A DNA stretch of 64,000 bases from Erythrobacter sp. (lineage in GTDB: Bacteria > Pseudomonadota > Alphaproteobacteria > Sphingomonadales > Sphingomonadaceae), in assembly GCF_030066995.1 (NCBI RefSeq), contig NZ_JASJAP010000001.1, positions 539,230 through 603,229 on the forward strand, written 5' to 3'. A model generated the notes under the pieces. The model had not been told where the DNA came from and ran no database searches. It saw only the letters and a list, made by a program, of their open reading frames with translations. Positions 9,059 to 18,040 of the stretch are shown piece after piece; position 1 is the stretch's first letter, and the number at the start of each line of letters is the position of its first letter. The position numbers and the translations under genes are program-made.

Positions 9059-10870
9059 ATGCGTTTCCTAGCCTGTGTCGCGCTTTTGCTGTCCGCACTA
9101 TCGGTGCCGGTGAAAGCCGGGCCGCTTGAGGACTTCATCGCCTTGCGCGAGGAGGTGTGGCAACAGGCTCTCGACGATGATCCTCTGCTCGCGACCAATG
9201 TGGGTGATCGCCGCGGCGATGGCTCGGTCGGCGATCTCAGCCTTGAAGCCTATGAGCGCCAGGTCGCGCAGACGCGGGCTTTTCTCGCGCGGCTTCAGGC
9301 GATCGATGCAAGCCAGCTGCCCGTCAGCGAACGCATCGATTACGCCGTCGTCAAAAGCGACTTCGAAGACAAGATCGAGGCCTCAGCGCACGACCAGACG
9401 CGCTTTGTGCTGTTTACGACCTATAGCGGGTGGTTTTCCAGCTTTGCCTCGCTGCCCTTTCGCTCGCCGCTTTTCACCGAAGCGGATTATGCGAGCTACC
9501 TTGATCGGCTCGCCGCCTTTCCGGTCTACAATCGCAACGGGATCGAGCGCAGTCGCAAAGCGGTGGACCTCGGGATGACGCAGGCTTGTGGGCCGCTGGA
9601 GGGGTTCGGCCAGAAGATCGCCGCTTTGGTGGTCGAGGATCCAGAAAGCTCGGTTTTCTGGGAGCCTTTCCTGCGCCAACGCCCCACGACGATTTCGTCC
9701 GAGCGGTGGGAGGCCTTGAAAGCCACGGCGCGCAAGCGGATCAGCGACGATGTGACGCCCGCCTACCGCGAGCTGCTCGACTTCTACACGCAGGAATACG
9801 CGCCCAATTGCCGCGATGGCTTGCCCGGTGTCTCGCAAACGCCGGGCGGAGCGGCGTATTACGCGCATCGGGTGAAGAGCTTCACCACCACGCAGCTTAC
9901 GCCGGACGAGGTTCATCGGCTCGGCCTCTCCGAAGTCGCGCGCATTCGTGCGGAAATGGACAAGGTGGCGGCGAGCGCGGGCTATGAAAGCCGCGAGGCC
10001 TATATCGATCATCTGCGCTCCGACCCGGCCTATTACATGACCGACGCCGAGGAATATGTGTCGCACGTCGCCGCGCTCGCCAAGACCATCGACGGGTTTA
10101 TGCCGCAGCTTTTTACGCGGCTGCCGCGCAATCCTTATACGGTAAAGCCGATCCCCGCGGCCAACGCGCCTGGCACCACCACGGCCTATTACGAGCCGGG
10201 CAGCCTCGCGGCGGGGCGTTCGGGCGTTTATCGGATCAACACGACCAAACTCGATCAGCGTCCCTTGTGGGAACTGCCCGCGCTGAGCGCGCACGAGGCG
10301 GTGCCGGGGCACCATCTGCAGATCTCGCTACAGCAGGAGATGGACCTTCATCCGCTTCGCGCCAACACCGCTTATTTTACCGCCTTTGTTGAGGGCTGGG
10401 GGCTTTATTCCGAGCGGCTCGGGATCGAGATGGGTCTCTATGACACGCCTGCCAAGCAGATGGGCCGCCTGTCCTACGAAATGTGGCGCGCGAGCCGCCT
10501 TGTGGTCGACACGGGGATCCATTCGAAGGGCTGGACGAAGGAACAGGCGGTGGACTTCATGCTCGCCAACACCGCGTTGTCGGCGGCCAATATCGACGCC
10601 GAGGTCAACCGGTACATCACCTGGCCGGGTCAGGCGCTGGCCTACAAGGTGGGCGAGCTGAAGATCCGCGACCTGCGCGCGCGGGCGGAAAAGGCTTTGG
10701 GCGCCGATTTTGACCTGCGCGCCTTTCACGACGCGGTGCTGGAAAATGGCTCGGTCCCGCTCAGTGTGCTCGAAGAGCATATGGATGGTTGGATCAGGGC
10801 CGAGCAGATGGCTCTGGATACGAGGGCAGACACCGATGCGAACGTCGATCTTCTAGCAGAGGAAGGCTAG
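9059..10870 (+). CDS. DUF885-family secreted protein (putative metallopeptidase-like)
   Basis: N-terminal signal peptide MRFLACVALLLSALSVPVKA. HEAVPGHHLQ zinc-binding-like motif. The length and composition are typical of DUF885. Confidence 0.65.
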   Translation: MRFLACVALLLSALSVPVKAGPLEDFIALREEVWQQALDDDPLLATNVGDRRGDGSVGDLSLEAYERQVAQTRAFLARLQAIDASQLPVSERIDYAVVKSDFEDKIEASAHDQTRFVLFTTYSGWFSSFASLPFRSPLFTEADYASYLDRLAAFPVYNRNGIERSRKAVDLGMTQACGPLEGFGQKIAALVVEDPESSVFWEPFLRQRPTTISSERWEALKATARKRISDDVTPAYRELLDFYTQEYAPNCRDGLPGVSQTPGGAAYYAHRVKSFTTTQLTPDEVHRLGLSEVARIRAEMDKVAASAGYESREAYIDHLRSDPAYYMTDAEEYVSHVAALAKTIDGFMPQLFTRLPRNPYTVKPIPAANAPGTTTAYYEPGSLAAGRSGVYRINTTKLDQRPLWELPALSAHEAVPGHHLQISLQQEMDLHPLRANTAYFTAFVEGWGLYSERLGIEMGLYDTPAKQMGRLSYEMWRASRLVVDTGIHSKGWTKEQAVDFMLANTALSAANIDAEVNRYITWPGQALAYKVGELKIRDLRARAEKALGADFDLRAFHDAVLENGSVPLSVLEEHMDGWIRAEQMALDTRADTDANVDLLAEEG

Positions 10871-12246
10871 GCTGCCCTTTCGACCGGCATGGGCGTGGTC
10901 GATGCAAGGATTTCTTCGGTCATGCGCCGGATGTTGACCTTCGCTTTGAGCCGCGTTCCCAACAGCGCCATGCCCGAGACCTTGCGCTGCACGAACAGCG
11001 TCTCGATCGGCGGGAAGGCCCAGGTGTCCTTGTCCTGCGCGATGGCAAAGCCCTCTTCGCGCAGCAGGTAGACAAATCCGCGATCGGCAAAGTCGAACGG
11101 TTTGTCCTCGCGCATCTGGTCGATGACGATATCGATCATCTTGTTGACGCTTTGAGGGTGCTTTTCCGCCACGATCGGCATCATGAAGCCCGCTTCGATT
11201 GTCGCCTCGCGCACTTCGTCACGATTGCCCTCAAGTCCGGCCTTGAGCATGCCCCGGTACCCGTTGGAGACCGCCGGATCGACCTCGCGGCAGGCCCCGA
11301 AATCGAGCAGGATGAGCTCGCCGGTCGCCGGGCGATAGCGGAAGTTGGCAAAGTTGGGATCGGTCTGCATCACGCCGAAGTCGAACAACTCGCGGCTGAC
11401 GAGCTCCAGCAGGTTGCCGAAGATTTCGTCACGCCGCTCGGCGGGCTCATCCTCCAGCCTTTCGATCGGAACGCCTTCTTCAAAGCTCATCGCGAGGATC
11501 GAGCCGCGCGTGAGGTCTTCGTGCAGCTGCGGCACGACAAATCCGGGCGTGTCGGCCAGTTGCTCTCGATAAAGCTTCATCTGCGCGCCTTCGCGCTGAT
11601 AGTCCGCCTCTTCATGAAGCTGGCGCTTGGCCGCATCCAGCAGCTTGTCCATTTCCAGTTCGGGCGGCGCAAAGCCCGCAACCTTGAGCAGGGTCATGAC
11701 GTTGTCGACATCGCTGTCGATGCTCTTTGCGACACCGGGATACTGCACCTTGATCGCCAATTCCTGGCCATCGCGGGTCATCGCCTTGTGCACTTGGCCA
11801 ATGCTGGCAGCGGCGATGGGGCGGGGGTTGAACCACTTGAACCGCTTGCGCCAGTCGCTGCCCCATTCCTCCCTCAGCACCATATCGAGTTGCTTGGTGG
11901 GCATGAAATTGGCCTGATCGCGCAGGCGAGCCAGGATGTCGGAGAGTTCGGGCGGCAGAAAATCACCGGAATCGAGGCTGATCATCTGCCCCATCTTCAT
12001 CGCCGCGCCGCGCAGGTGCGAGAGCTTGTCGGTCATCCGACGAACATTGCCGGGGGTGAGGATCAGGTCGCGCGTGGAGATGCGCTCCCCACTGGTCAGA
12101 CGCCGCGCGCCTTCGGCGGCCATGCCCCCCGCCACGCCGCCCACCAGGCGGCCGAACGTGCCGAAGCGCGCCAGGCGCCCCGATGGCACGGCGCGCTCGC
12201 GCGATGCGTCGCCGGGGCCGAAGGTGTCATCCTTGTCGTGAGCCAC
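10867..12246 (-). CDS. ABC1/UbiB-family atypical kinase (AarF domain)
   Basis: Motifs AAASIGQVH, LAIKVQYPG, QTDPNFANF and LLDFG match the UbiB/ABC1 kinase-like fold. Confidence 0.8.
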   Translation of the reverse strand: MAHDKDDTFGPGDASRERAVPSGRLARFGTFGRLVGGVAGGMAAEGARRLTSGERISTRDLILTPGNVRRMTDKLSHLRGAAMKMGQMISLDSGDFLPPELSDILARLRDQANFMPTKQLDMVLREEWGSDWRKRFKWFNPRPIAAASIGQVHKAMTRDGQELAIKVQYPGVAKSIDSDVDNVMTLLKVAGFAPPELEMDKLLDAAKRQLHEEADYQREGAQMKLYREQLADTPGFVVPQLHEDLTRGSILAMSFEEGVPIERLEDEPAERRDEIFGNLLELVSRELFDFGVMQTDPNFANFRYRPATGELILLDFGACREVDPAVSNGYRGMLKAGLEGNRDEVREATIEAGFMMPIVAEKHPQSVNKMIDIVIDQMREDKPFDFADRGFVYLLREEGFAIAQDKDTWAFPPIETLFVQRKVSGMALLGTRLKAKVNIRRMTEEILASTTPMPVERAA

Positions 12247-12416
12247 TGATCGTCGATATCCTTGATGCGTTGGCGAGGCGTGTCTTGTCCCAACACCGGG
12301 CGCGCCGCTGCGTTCCGTGCGTGATGAGAACTCACGGTCGGATATAGGAACGAGCGTGAACGAATGCTAACGATCGCTTTCGGGAACCCGGCCTTTGGCC
12401 AAGCGCTTGATCCAAA

Positions 12417-12938
12417 ATGAACTCGCACACTTCGCTTACCCCCGCAGCGCGCGCGCTTGGCTATGCCGGGCTTCTGCCGCAAATCGCCTGTCTGGCGCTG
12501 GTCGGGATCGACAATCCCTATCGCTTTACCGCCGTCTTCATGGGCTTTGTCTATCCAGCGGTCATCTTCAGCTTCTTGGGCGGTGTCTGGTGGGGGCAGG
12601 CCGTATCCGAGCGGGACGGGGCGAGCGGATCGGTTTACGTGATTTCCGTCCTTCCCAGCCTCATAGCCGCGGCGCTGTTCTTGCCCTACCTCGAAGGCTG
12701 GGAATGGCCGGGCCCCGCCATGCTCTATCTGGGCGCCTTCCTCGCTCTCAGCCCCATGGTGGACCGTGCGCTCGGCTACGCGGCGGCGGACTTCATGCGC
12801 CTGCGCTGGCATCTTTCGCTCGGGCTGGGCGGTTTGACCATTGCGCTGGGTTTTGTGTCGATGTGGGCCATGGAGCCCAAAGTGCCCGAGCAGCCGGTCA
12901 ACCCGCACTCCACAATGGACACAGGCGCAGTCACCTAG
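12417..12938 (+). CDS. DUF3429-like small integral membrane protein
   Basis: 173 aa, four or five predicted TM helices, and no catalytic motifs. Confidence 0.45.
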   Translation: MNSHTSLTPAARALGYAGLLPQIACLALVGIDNPYRFTAVFMGFVYPAVIFSFLGGVWWGQAVSERDGASGSVYVISVLPSLIAAALFLPYLEGWEWPGPAMLYLGAFLALSPMVDRALGYAAADFMRLRWHLSLGLGGLTIALGFVSMWAMEPKVPEQPVNPHSTMDTGAVT

Positions 12939-13012
12939 CGCGGCCCATGAGAAATTGGCGGCCCGTGAGAAAAGGCCAAGTGCGGGGCATTGAAGAGCGG
13001 CGCTCCAAGCCC

Positions 13013-13032
13013 TAATGTTACACGGTATCATT
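13013..13032. promoter_or_regulatory. Zur-box-like dyad TAATGTTAcacggTATCATT
   Basis: The half-sites ATGTTA-N5-TATCAT lie 24 nt upstream of the COG0523 start at 13056. This compares with the canonical Zur core ATGTTA-N5-TAACAT, with one mismatch. The element is AT-rich within a GC-rich genome. Confidence 0.3.
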
Positions 13033-13055
13033 CAGCCCTGTTTCCGGAGCTCTCC

Positions 13056-14312
13056 ATGAACGCCCCTGCCTTACCCAACAACGCGCTTCCCAAAGACGCG
13101 CGCCTTCCCGTCACTGTCTTGTCCGGCTTTCTGGGCGCGGGCAAAACCACGCTTCTCAATCACATCCTCACCAATCGCGAGGGCAAGCGCGTGGCGGTGA
13201 TCGTCAACGACATGTCCGAGGTGAACATCGACGCCGATCTCGTGCGCGGCGGCGAAGCGGCGCTGTCGCGCTCGGAAGAAACGCTGGTCGAGATGACCAA
13301 TGGCTGCATCTGCTGCACGCTGCGCGACGACCTTCTGAAGGAAGTGCGAGCGCTCGCCGAGGATGGTCGCTTCGATTATCTCGTGATCGAGAGCACCGGA
13401 ATTTCCGAGCCGCTGCCGGTGGCCGCGACCTTCTCTTTCCGCGACGAGGACGGGGAGAGTCTGGGCGATGTGGCGCAGCTCGATACCATGGTGACCGTGG
13501 TCGACGCGGTGAACCTGCTGGCGGATTATTCGAGCAGCGATCTGCTCTCCGCGCGCGGAGAGACTGCGGGCGAGGGCGACGATCGCAGCCTGGTGAGCCT
13601 GCTTGTTGAACAGATCGAGTTTGCCGACGTCGTGATCGTCAACAAGGCAAAGGATGTCTCGCCCGAGCAGCTCGCGATGGTGAAGAAGGTGGTGGCCTCC
13701 CTCAATGGCGATGCGAAGATCATCGAGGCCGATCACAGCAAGGTCGAACTCGATGAGGTAATCGGCACCGGCCTGTACGACGAAGAGCAGGCCGAGCAGC
13801 ACCCGCTGTGGCTCAAGGAGCTTTACGACTTCGCAAGCCACCGCCCCGAAAGCGAGGAATACGGGGTTGAGAGCTTCGTCTTCCGCGCGCGCAAACCGTT
13901 CGATCCAGCCAAGCTCTATGGCTTCCTTACCAGCGACAACCTCGACAAGGTCATCCGCGCCAAGGGCCATTTCTGGATGGCGACTCGCCCCGATTTCCTC
14001 GCTGAGCTGGCGATTGCCGGGACGCAAAAGAGTGTGAGTCGAATGGGGCGCTGGTGGGCCGCTGTACCCAAGAACCGCTGGCCCGACGATGGCACCTTTG
14101 AGGAATTCGTGATGAAGCATTGGGACCAGACCTGGGGCGATCGCCGTCAGGAAATGGTTTTCATCGGCATCGATATGGATCAGGACAAGATCTGCGCCGC
14201 GCTCGAAGCCTGCCTCGTCGACGACAACGAATTCGTGCCCGAAAACTGGGAGCTTCTCGAAGATCCCTTCCCGGTCTGGGGTGAGCCGACGCCCATGACC
14301 GAAGACGCCTGA
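13056..14312 (+). CDS. COG0523 / CobW-family G3E GTPase (metallochaperone), paralog 1 with no His-rich tract
   Basis: Walker [13 protein letters not shown], CxCC motif GCICCT, and a CobW_C-type C-terminal domain. The start is taken at MNAPALPNN; the track start is 12990. Confidence 0.8.
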   Translation: MNAPALPNNALPKDARLPVTVLSGFLGAGKTTLLNHILTNREGKRVAVIVNDMSEVNIDADLVRGGEAALSRSEETLVEMTNGCICCTLRDDLLKEVRALAEDGRFDYLVIESTGISEPLPVAATFSFRDEDGESLGDVAQLDTMVTVVDAVNLLADYSSSDLLSARGETAGEGDDRSLVSLLVEQIEFADVVIVNKAKDVSPEQLAMVKKVVASLNGDAKIIEADHSKVELDEVIGTGLYDEEQAEQHPLWLKELYDFASHRPESEEYGVESFVFRARKPFDPAKLYGFLTSDNLDKVIRAKGHFWMATRPDFLAELAIAGTQKSVSRMGRWWAAVPKNRWPDDGTFEEFVMKHWDQTWGDRRQEMVFIGIDMDQDKICAALEACLVDDNEFVPENWELLEDPFPVWGEPTPMTEDA

Positions 14313-14425
14313 GCGCTCCTGGCGGCGAGGCCGCGCCCGCCGCCTATTCGGCGCGCGTCGTTAGATGTTGCCATGGCGCGCCGGGAGGCCCTAACACGCG
14401 CCCAGTGAGAGAGGGATCCAAAAGC

Positions 14426-15553
14426 ATGGCAACACTTACCTACCTGACGACCACGCATTTCGACTTTGGTGCGCTCGAAACGCTGCCCAAGATGCTGGCG
14501 CAGGAGGGGATCACCAAGCCGTTGATCGCTACCGACGCGGGGTTGGTGGCTGCGGGCGTGGTGCAGACGGTGCTCGACGCGATCGGGCCGGATTTCGAGC
14601 CGCTGGTTTACGACGGCACGCCCGGCAACCCGACCGAAGAGGCGGTGAAGGACGCGCTCAAGCTCTACACTGAAAACGGGTGCGACGGGATCGTGGCGCT
14701 GGGCGGGGGATCGTCGATGGATCTCGGCAAGGCGGTCGGCCTTCTCGCGGTGAGCGGCGGCCCGCTGGAGCAGTACGATCCGCTGGTTGGCGGTGCGAAG
14801 CGGATCAAGGGTGTTGCCCCCCTCATCGCGGTCCCGACAACCTCGGGCACGGGCAGCGAAGTCTCGATCGGCTTTGTCATTATCCTTGAAGACGGGCGCA
14901 AGATGACTTTTGCGAGCCCGCACTTCATCCCGAAGGTCGCGATTTGCGATCCGGAGCTTACGATGGGTCTGCCCGCGGGCATGACCGCTGCGACCGGCAT
15001 GGACGCGATCACGCATTGCATCGAGGCGTTCCTTACCCCTCAAGTGAACCCGCCGGCTGAAGGCATCGCGCTCGATGGGCTGCGCCGGGGCTGGGAATAT
15101 CTGCCGCGCGCCGTCAAGGACGGTTCGGATCGCGATGCGCGCTGGCACATGATGATGTGCTCGACCGAGGGCGCGCTGGCTTTCGTCAAAGGGCTGGGCG
15201 CCGTGCACGCCATGAGCCACGCCGCGGGCCGGATTCGCCGCTTGAACCCCCACCACGGAACCTTGAACGCGGTCTTCCTGCCCGCCGTGCTGCGCTTCAA
15301 TCAGGACGTGTGCGAGGACAAATATGTCCGTCTGCGCGAAGCAATCGGTCTGCCGCCGGGCGCTGACCTTGCCGAGGCTGTTGAGGGCATGAACGCCAGG
15401 ATCGCAATCCCGTCGGGGCTCGCTGCCATGGGGATCGAGGAAAGCGACATCCCGGAGATGGTCGAATACGCGCAACAAGACCTCGCCGCACGCTCGAACC
15501 CGCGCCGTGCGTCGGCGCAGGACTACGAAGCGATGATCAGATCCTCGCTGTAA
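14426..15553 (+). CDS. iron-containing (group III) alcohol dehydrogenase
   Basis: The Fe-ADH fold signatures GGGSSMD, TTSGTGSEV, the HCIEAF region and the H...H metal ligands (AVHAMSHAAG) are present. The start is at MATLTY. Confidence 0.85.
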   Translation: MATLTYLTTTHFDFGALETLPKMLAQEGITKPLIATDAGLVAAGVVQTVLDAIGPDFEPLVYDGTPGNPTEEAVKDALKLYTENGCDGIVALGGGSSMDLGKAVGLLAVSGGPLEQYDPLVGGAKRIKGVAPLIAVPTTSGTGSEVSIGFVIILEDGRKMTFASPHFIPKVAICDPELTMGLPAGMTAATGMDAITHCIEAFLTPQVNPPAEGIALDGLRRGWEYLPRAVKDGSDRDARWHMMMCSTEGALAFVKGLGAVHAMSHAAGRIRRLNPHHGTLNAVFLPAVLRFNQDVCEDKYVRLREAIGLPPGADLAEAVEGMNARIAIPSGLAAMGIEESDIPEMVEYAQQDLAARSNPRRASAQDYEAMIRSSL

Positions 15554-15573
15554 GAATGGTTAACGCGCTTTCT

Positions 15574-15589
15574 TTGTGAGCGCTCACAA
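15574..15589. promoter_or_regulatory. perfect 16-bp palindrome TTGTGAGCGCTCACAA (candidate operator)
   Basis: It sits 15 nt upstream of the ATG at 15605 and is immediately followed by the GAGGAG RBS. The sequence equals the core of an idealised symmetric LacI-type operator. Confidence 0.35.
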
Positions 15590-15604
15590 GAGGAGTGTCG
15601 AGCC

Positions 15605-16747
15605 ATGAGCCGTAAACGCATTCCCGTTACGCTTCTCACCGGCTTTCTGGGGGCGGGCAAGACGACTTTGCTTAACAAGCTAATCCAGGAACCAGAGCTT
15701 TCCAAAGCTCTGGTAATCATTAACGAGTTTGGGTCCGTCGGTCTTGATCACCACCTGATCGCGCGCAGCAACGAGGATGACACGGTCGTCGAAATGTCGA
15801 GCGGCTGTCTGTGCTGCACGATCAAGGGCGATCTGCAGAAGACGCTCAAAGAAGCGCCCGAGACCTTCGCTCGGCCAGATGATGAGGGGGGCAAGCCGAC
15901 CTTCGACCGGATCATCATCGAAACGACCGGCCTTGCTGACCCCGCGCCGATTGTCCACACGGTGATGGCCGATCAACACCTGATCGACACTTACGAACTT
16001 GCCGAGGTCATCACATTGGTCGATGGCGTCAACGGCGATGGCACGCTCGACGCGCAGACCGAAGCGCTCAAGCAGGCCGCGGTCGCCGACACGCTGCTTA
16101 TCAGCAAGACCGATATCGCCGATGCGGGCGCCCTGGCGACGCTGACCAAGCGGCTGCGCGCGATCAACCCGGCGGCGCGGATCGCTTCGGTGGCGGATCA
16201 GGCCGGCTCGCTGATGGACCTGTTTGGCGGGGCGCGTTTCAACCCTGAATTGAAGGGCGAACAGGTTCTCAACTGGCTTCACGAAGAAGCCTATGGCGCC
16301 GGGCACGACCATCACCATGACCATCACCATGACCACTCCCATGATGATGGGCATGAACATGAGCACAGGCACGATCACCATCATGACGTAAACCGCCACG
16401 ACGATCGGATCGCGTCGGTTTGCATGACCATCGATGAACCGCTGTCGGCCGAGGTGTTCGACGAGTGGTTCGGGCTCCTGACCACGCTCAAAGGCGTCAA
16501 CATGCTGCGCGTGAAGGGGCTCATAAACCTCAAGGGGATGGACAAGCCGCTGGTCATCCATGGCGTGCAACACATCTGGCACCCTCCCGCGATGCTGCCC
16601 GAATGGCCGTCCGAGGATCATCGTTCGCGCGTCGTTTTCATCATGCGCGACATGGAGCAAAGCGACCTTGAAGCGATGCTCGATTTCGTCAAGCAACGCC
16701 ACGACAGCGCGCGGATCGACCGGCCCGAGGGCGCGCTGCCCGTCTGA
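15605..16747 (+). CDS. COG0523 G3E GTPase with His-rich metal-binding insert (ZigA/Zng1-like zinc chaperone), paralog 2
   Basis: Walker [13 protein letters not shown], CxCC motif GCLCCT, and the His-rich tract GHDHHHDHHHDHSHDDGHEHEHRHDHHHD encoded at about 16309-16385. Confidence 0.85.
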   Translation: MSRKRIPVTLLTGFLGAGKTTLLNKLIQEPELSKALVIINEFGSVGLDHHLIARSNEDDTVVEMSSGCLCCTIKGDLQKTLKEAPETFARPDDEGGKPTFDRIIIETTGLADPAPIVHTVMADQHLIDTYELAEVITLVDGVNGDGTLDAQTEALKQAAVADTLLISKTDIADAGALATLTKRLRAINPAARIASVADQAGSLMDLFGGARFNPELKGEQVLNWLHEEAYGAGHDHHHDHHHDHSHDDGHEHEHRHDHHHDVNRHDDRIASVCMTIDEPLSAEVFDEWFGLLTTLKGVNMLRVKGLINLKGMDKPLVIHGVQHIWHPPAMLPEWPSEDHRSRVVFIMRDMEQSDLEAMLDFVKQRHDSARIDRPEGALPV

Positions 16748-16799
16748 AGCGGCGCGTTCACGGGGCACGGCCATGGCCCATATGTGCGTTGAAGAAAAC

Positions 16800-16876
16800 T
16801 GGTCGGGGAGAGAGGATTCGAACCTCCGGCCCCTGCCTCCCGAAGACAGTGCTCTACCAGGCTGAGCTACTCCCCG
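16800..16876 (-). tRNA. tRNA-Pro (anticodon CGG)
   Basis: Hand-folded cloverleaf. Acceptor CGGGGAG/CUCCCCG, U8 A9, D-arm GCUC...GAGC, anticodon stem CUGUC/GGCAG with loop UUCGGGA, T-arm GGAGG-UUCGAAU-CCUCU. The 3' CCA is encoded. Confidence 0.85.
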
Positions 16877-16987
16877 ACCGTGTCGGCTCCGCTGACCAAA
16901 ACGCCCATGCGGATCGAGGCAAGGCGCGAGCCTATAGGTGTGGATGAGCGGGGTGGCAAGCGGGGAATTGGCTTCTATGCTCTGCCC

Positions 16988-17974
16988 ATGGCTACGCTTC
17001 AGCATCCCGAGACGATTCCGTCTGAAATCACAGGCCCCGGCCACCCGGAACACCAATATCTCGATCTCATGCGTGCGATCTGGGAGACCGGATCGCAGCG
17101 TGTGGATCGCACCGGGGTCGGCACGCGCTCGATCTTTGGCGCGCAATTGCGCTTCGATCTGGCCGAGGGCGCGATGCCCTTGCTTACGACCAAGCGGGTG
17201 TATTGGAAGACCGCGACGCGCGAGATGCTGTGGTTCCTGACCGGCAACACCAATATCCGCCCTCTGGTGCTGCAAGGCGTGAAGATCTGGAACGAATGGC
17301 CGCACTCACGCTACGTCAAGGAAACGGGTGACGACATCGCGCTGGAGGACTTCGTGGCGCGCATCGCCGAGGATGAGGCGTTCGCCAAACGCTGGGGCGA
17401 TCTGGGGCCTGTCTATGGCAAGCAATGGGTCGATTGGCCCACCTATCGCTACCGCCCGGATGGGCTCTACGAGCCGGGCGAGGGGATCAACCAGGTTGCC
17501 GCTGTGGTCGAGAGCCTGCGCACCAGTCCAGGCAGCCGCCGACACATCATCGAAGGCTGGAACGTCGCTCAGCTCGACCAGATGGCGCTGCCACCTTGCC
17601 ACAAGACCTACCAGTTCCATGTGGCGGGTGGGGAAGGGGGCGAGGGCTCCCGCCTGAATTGCCTGCTCTACCAGCGGTCCTGCGACGTGGCGTTGGGCCT
17701 GCCGTTCAACCTTTGGTCGGCCGCCTTGCTGACTCGGATGATGGCGCAGCAGACGGGGTTTGAGCCGGGCGAGCTGGTGTGGATGGGCGGCGATACGCAC
17801 CTGTACCTCAACCACGAAGCGTTGATCACCGAACAGCTGACTCGCGCACCGAAAGGCCAACCGAGGCTCGAAATCACACGAAAGCCCGAAACAATTTTCG
17901 ACTACCAAATCGAGGATTTTCGGGTCGATGATTACACGCCTCTGCCCCCGATCAAGGCCCCTGTTGCGGTGTGA
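16988..17974 (+). CDS. thyA: thymidylate synthase
   Basis: Motifs QYLDLMR, RSIFG, and the LPPCH active-site cysteine region. The start is taken at MATLQHPE; the ORF track starts at 16880, directly abutting the tRNA. Confidence 0.85.
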   Translation: MATLQHPETIPSEITGPGHPEHQYLDLMRAIWETGSQRVDRTGVGTRSIFGAQLRFDLAEGAMPLLTTKRVYWKTATREMLWFLTGNTNIRPLVLQGVKIWNEWPHSRYVKETGDDIALEDFVARIAEDEAFAKRWGDLGPVYGKQWVDWPTYRYRPDGLYEPGEGINQVAAVVESLRTSPGSRRHIIEGWNVAQLDQMALPPCHKTYQFHVAGGEGGEGSRLNCLLYQRSCDVALGLPFNLWSAALLTRMMAQQTGFEPGELVWMGGDTHLYLNHEALITEQLTRAPKGQPRLEITRKPETIFDYQIEDFRVDDYTPLPPIKAPVAV

Positions 17975-18040
17975 TTGGGATTGCTTGACCGCCCAATTTC
18001 GCTGACATAGGCGGACCCCGGTCGCACGCATTGGGAGAGC

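Noticed and set aside
12096-13031. 311-aa minus-strand ORF across the UbiB 5' end, the DUF3429 gene and the COG0523 upstream region
   Set aside because: It conflicts with three co-linear better-supported genes. It has no domain and is Ala/Arg-rich.
15680-17305. 541-aa minus-strand ORF spanning the second COG0523 gene, the tRNA-Pro and the thyA start
   Set aside because: It overlaps three well-supported features on the opposite strand. Its translation contains mirror-image His runs that are merely the antisense of the chaperone's His tract.
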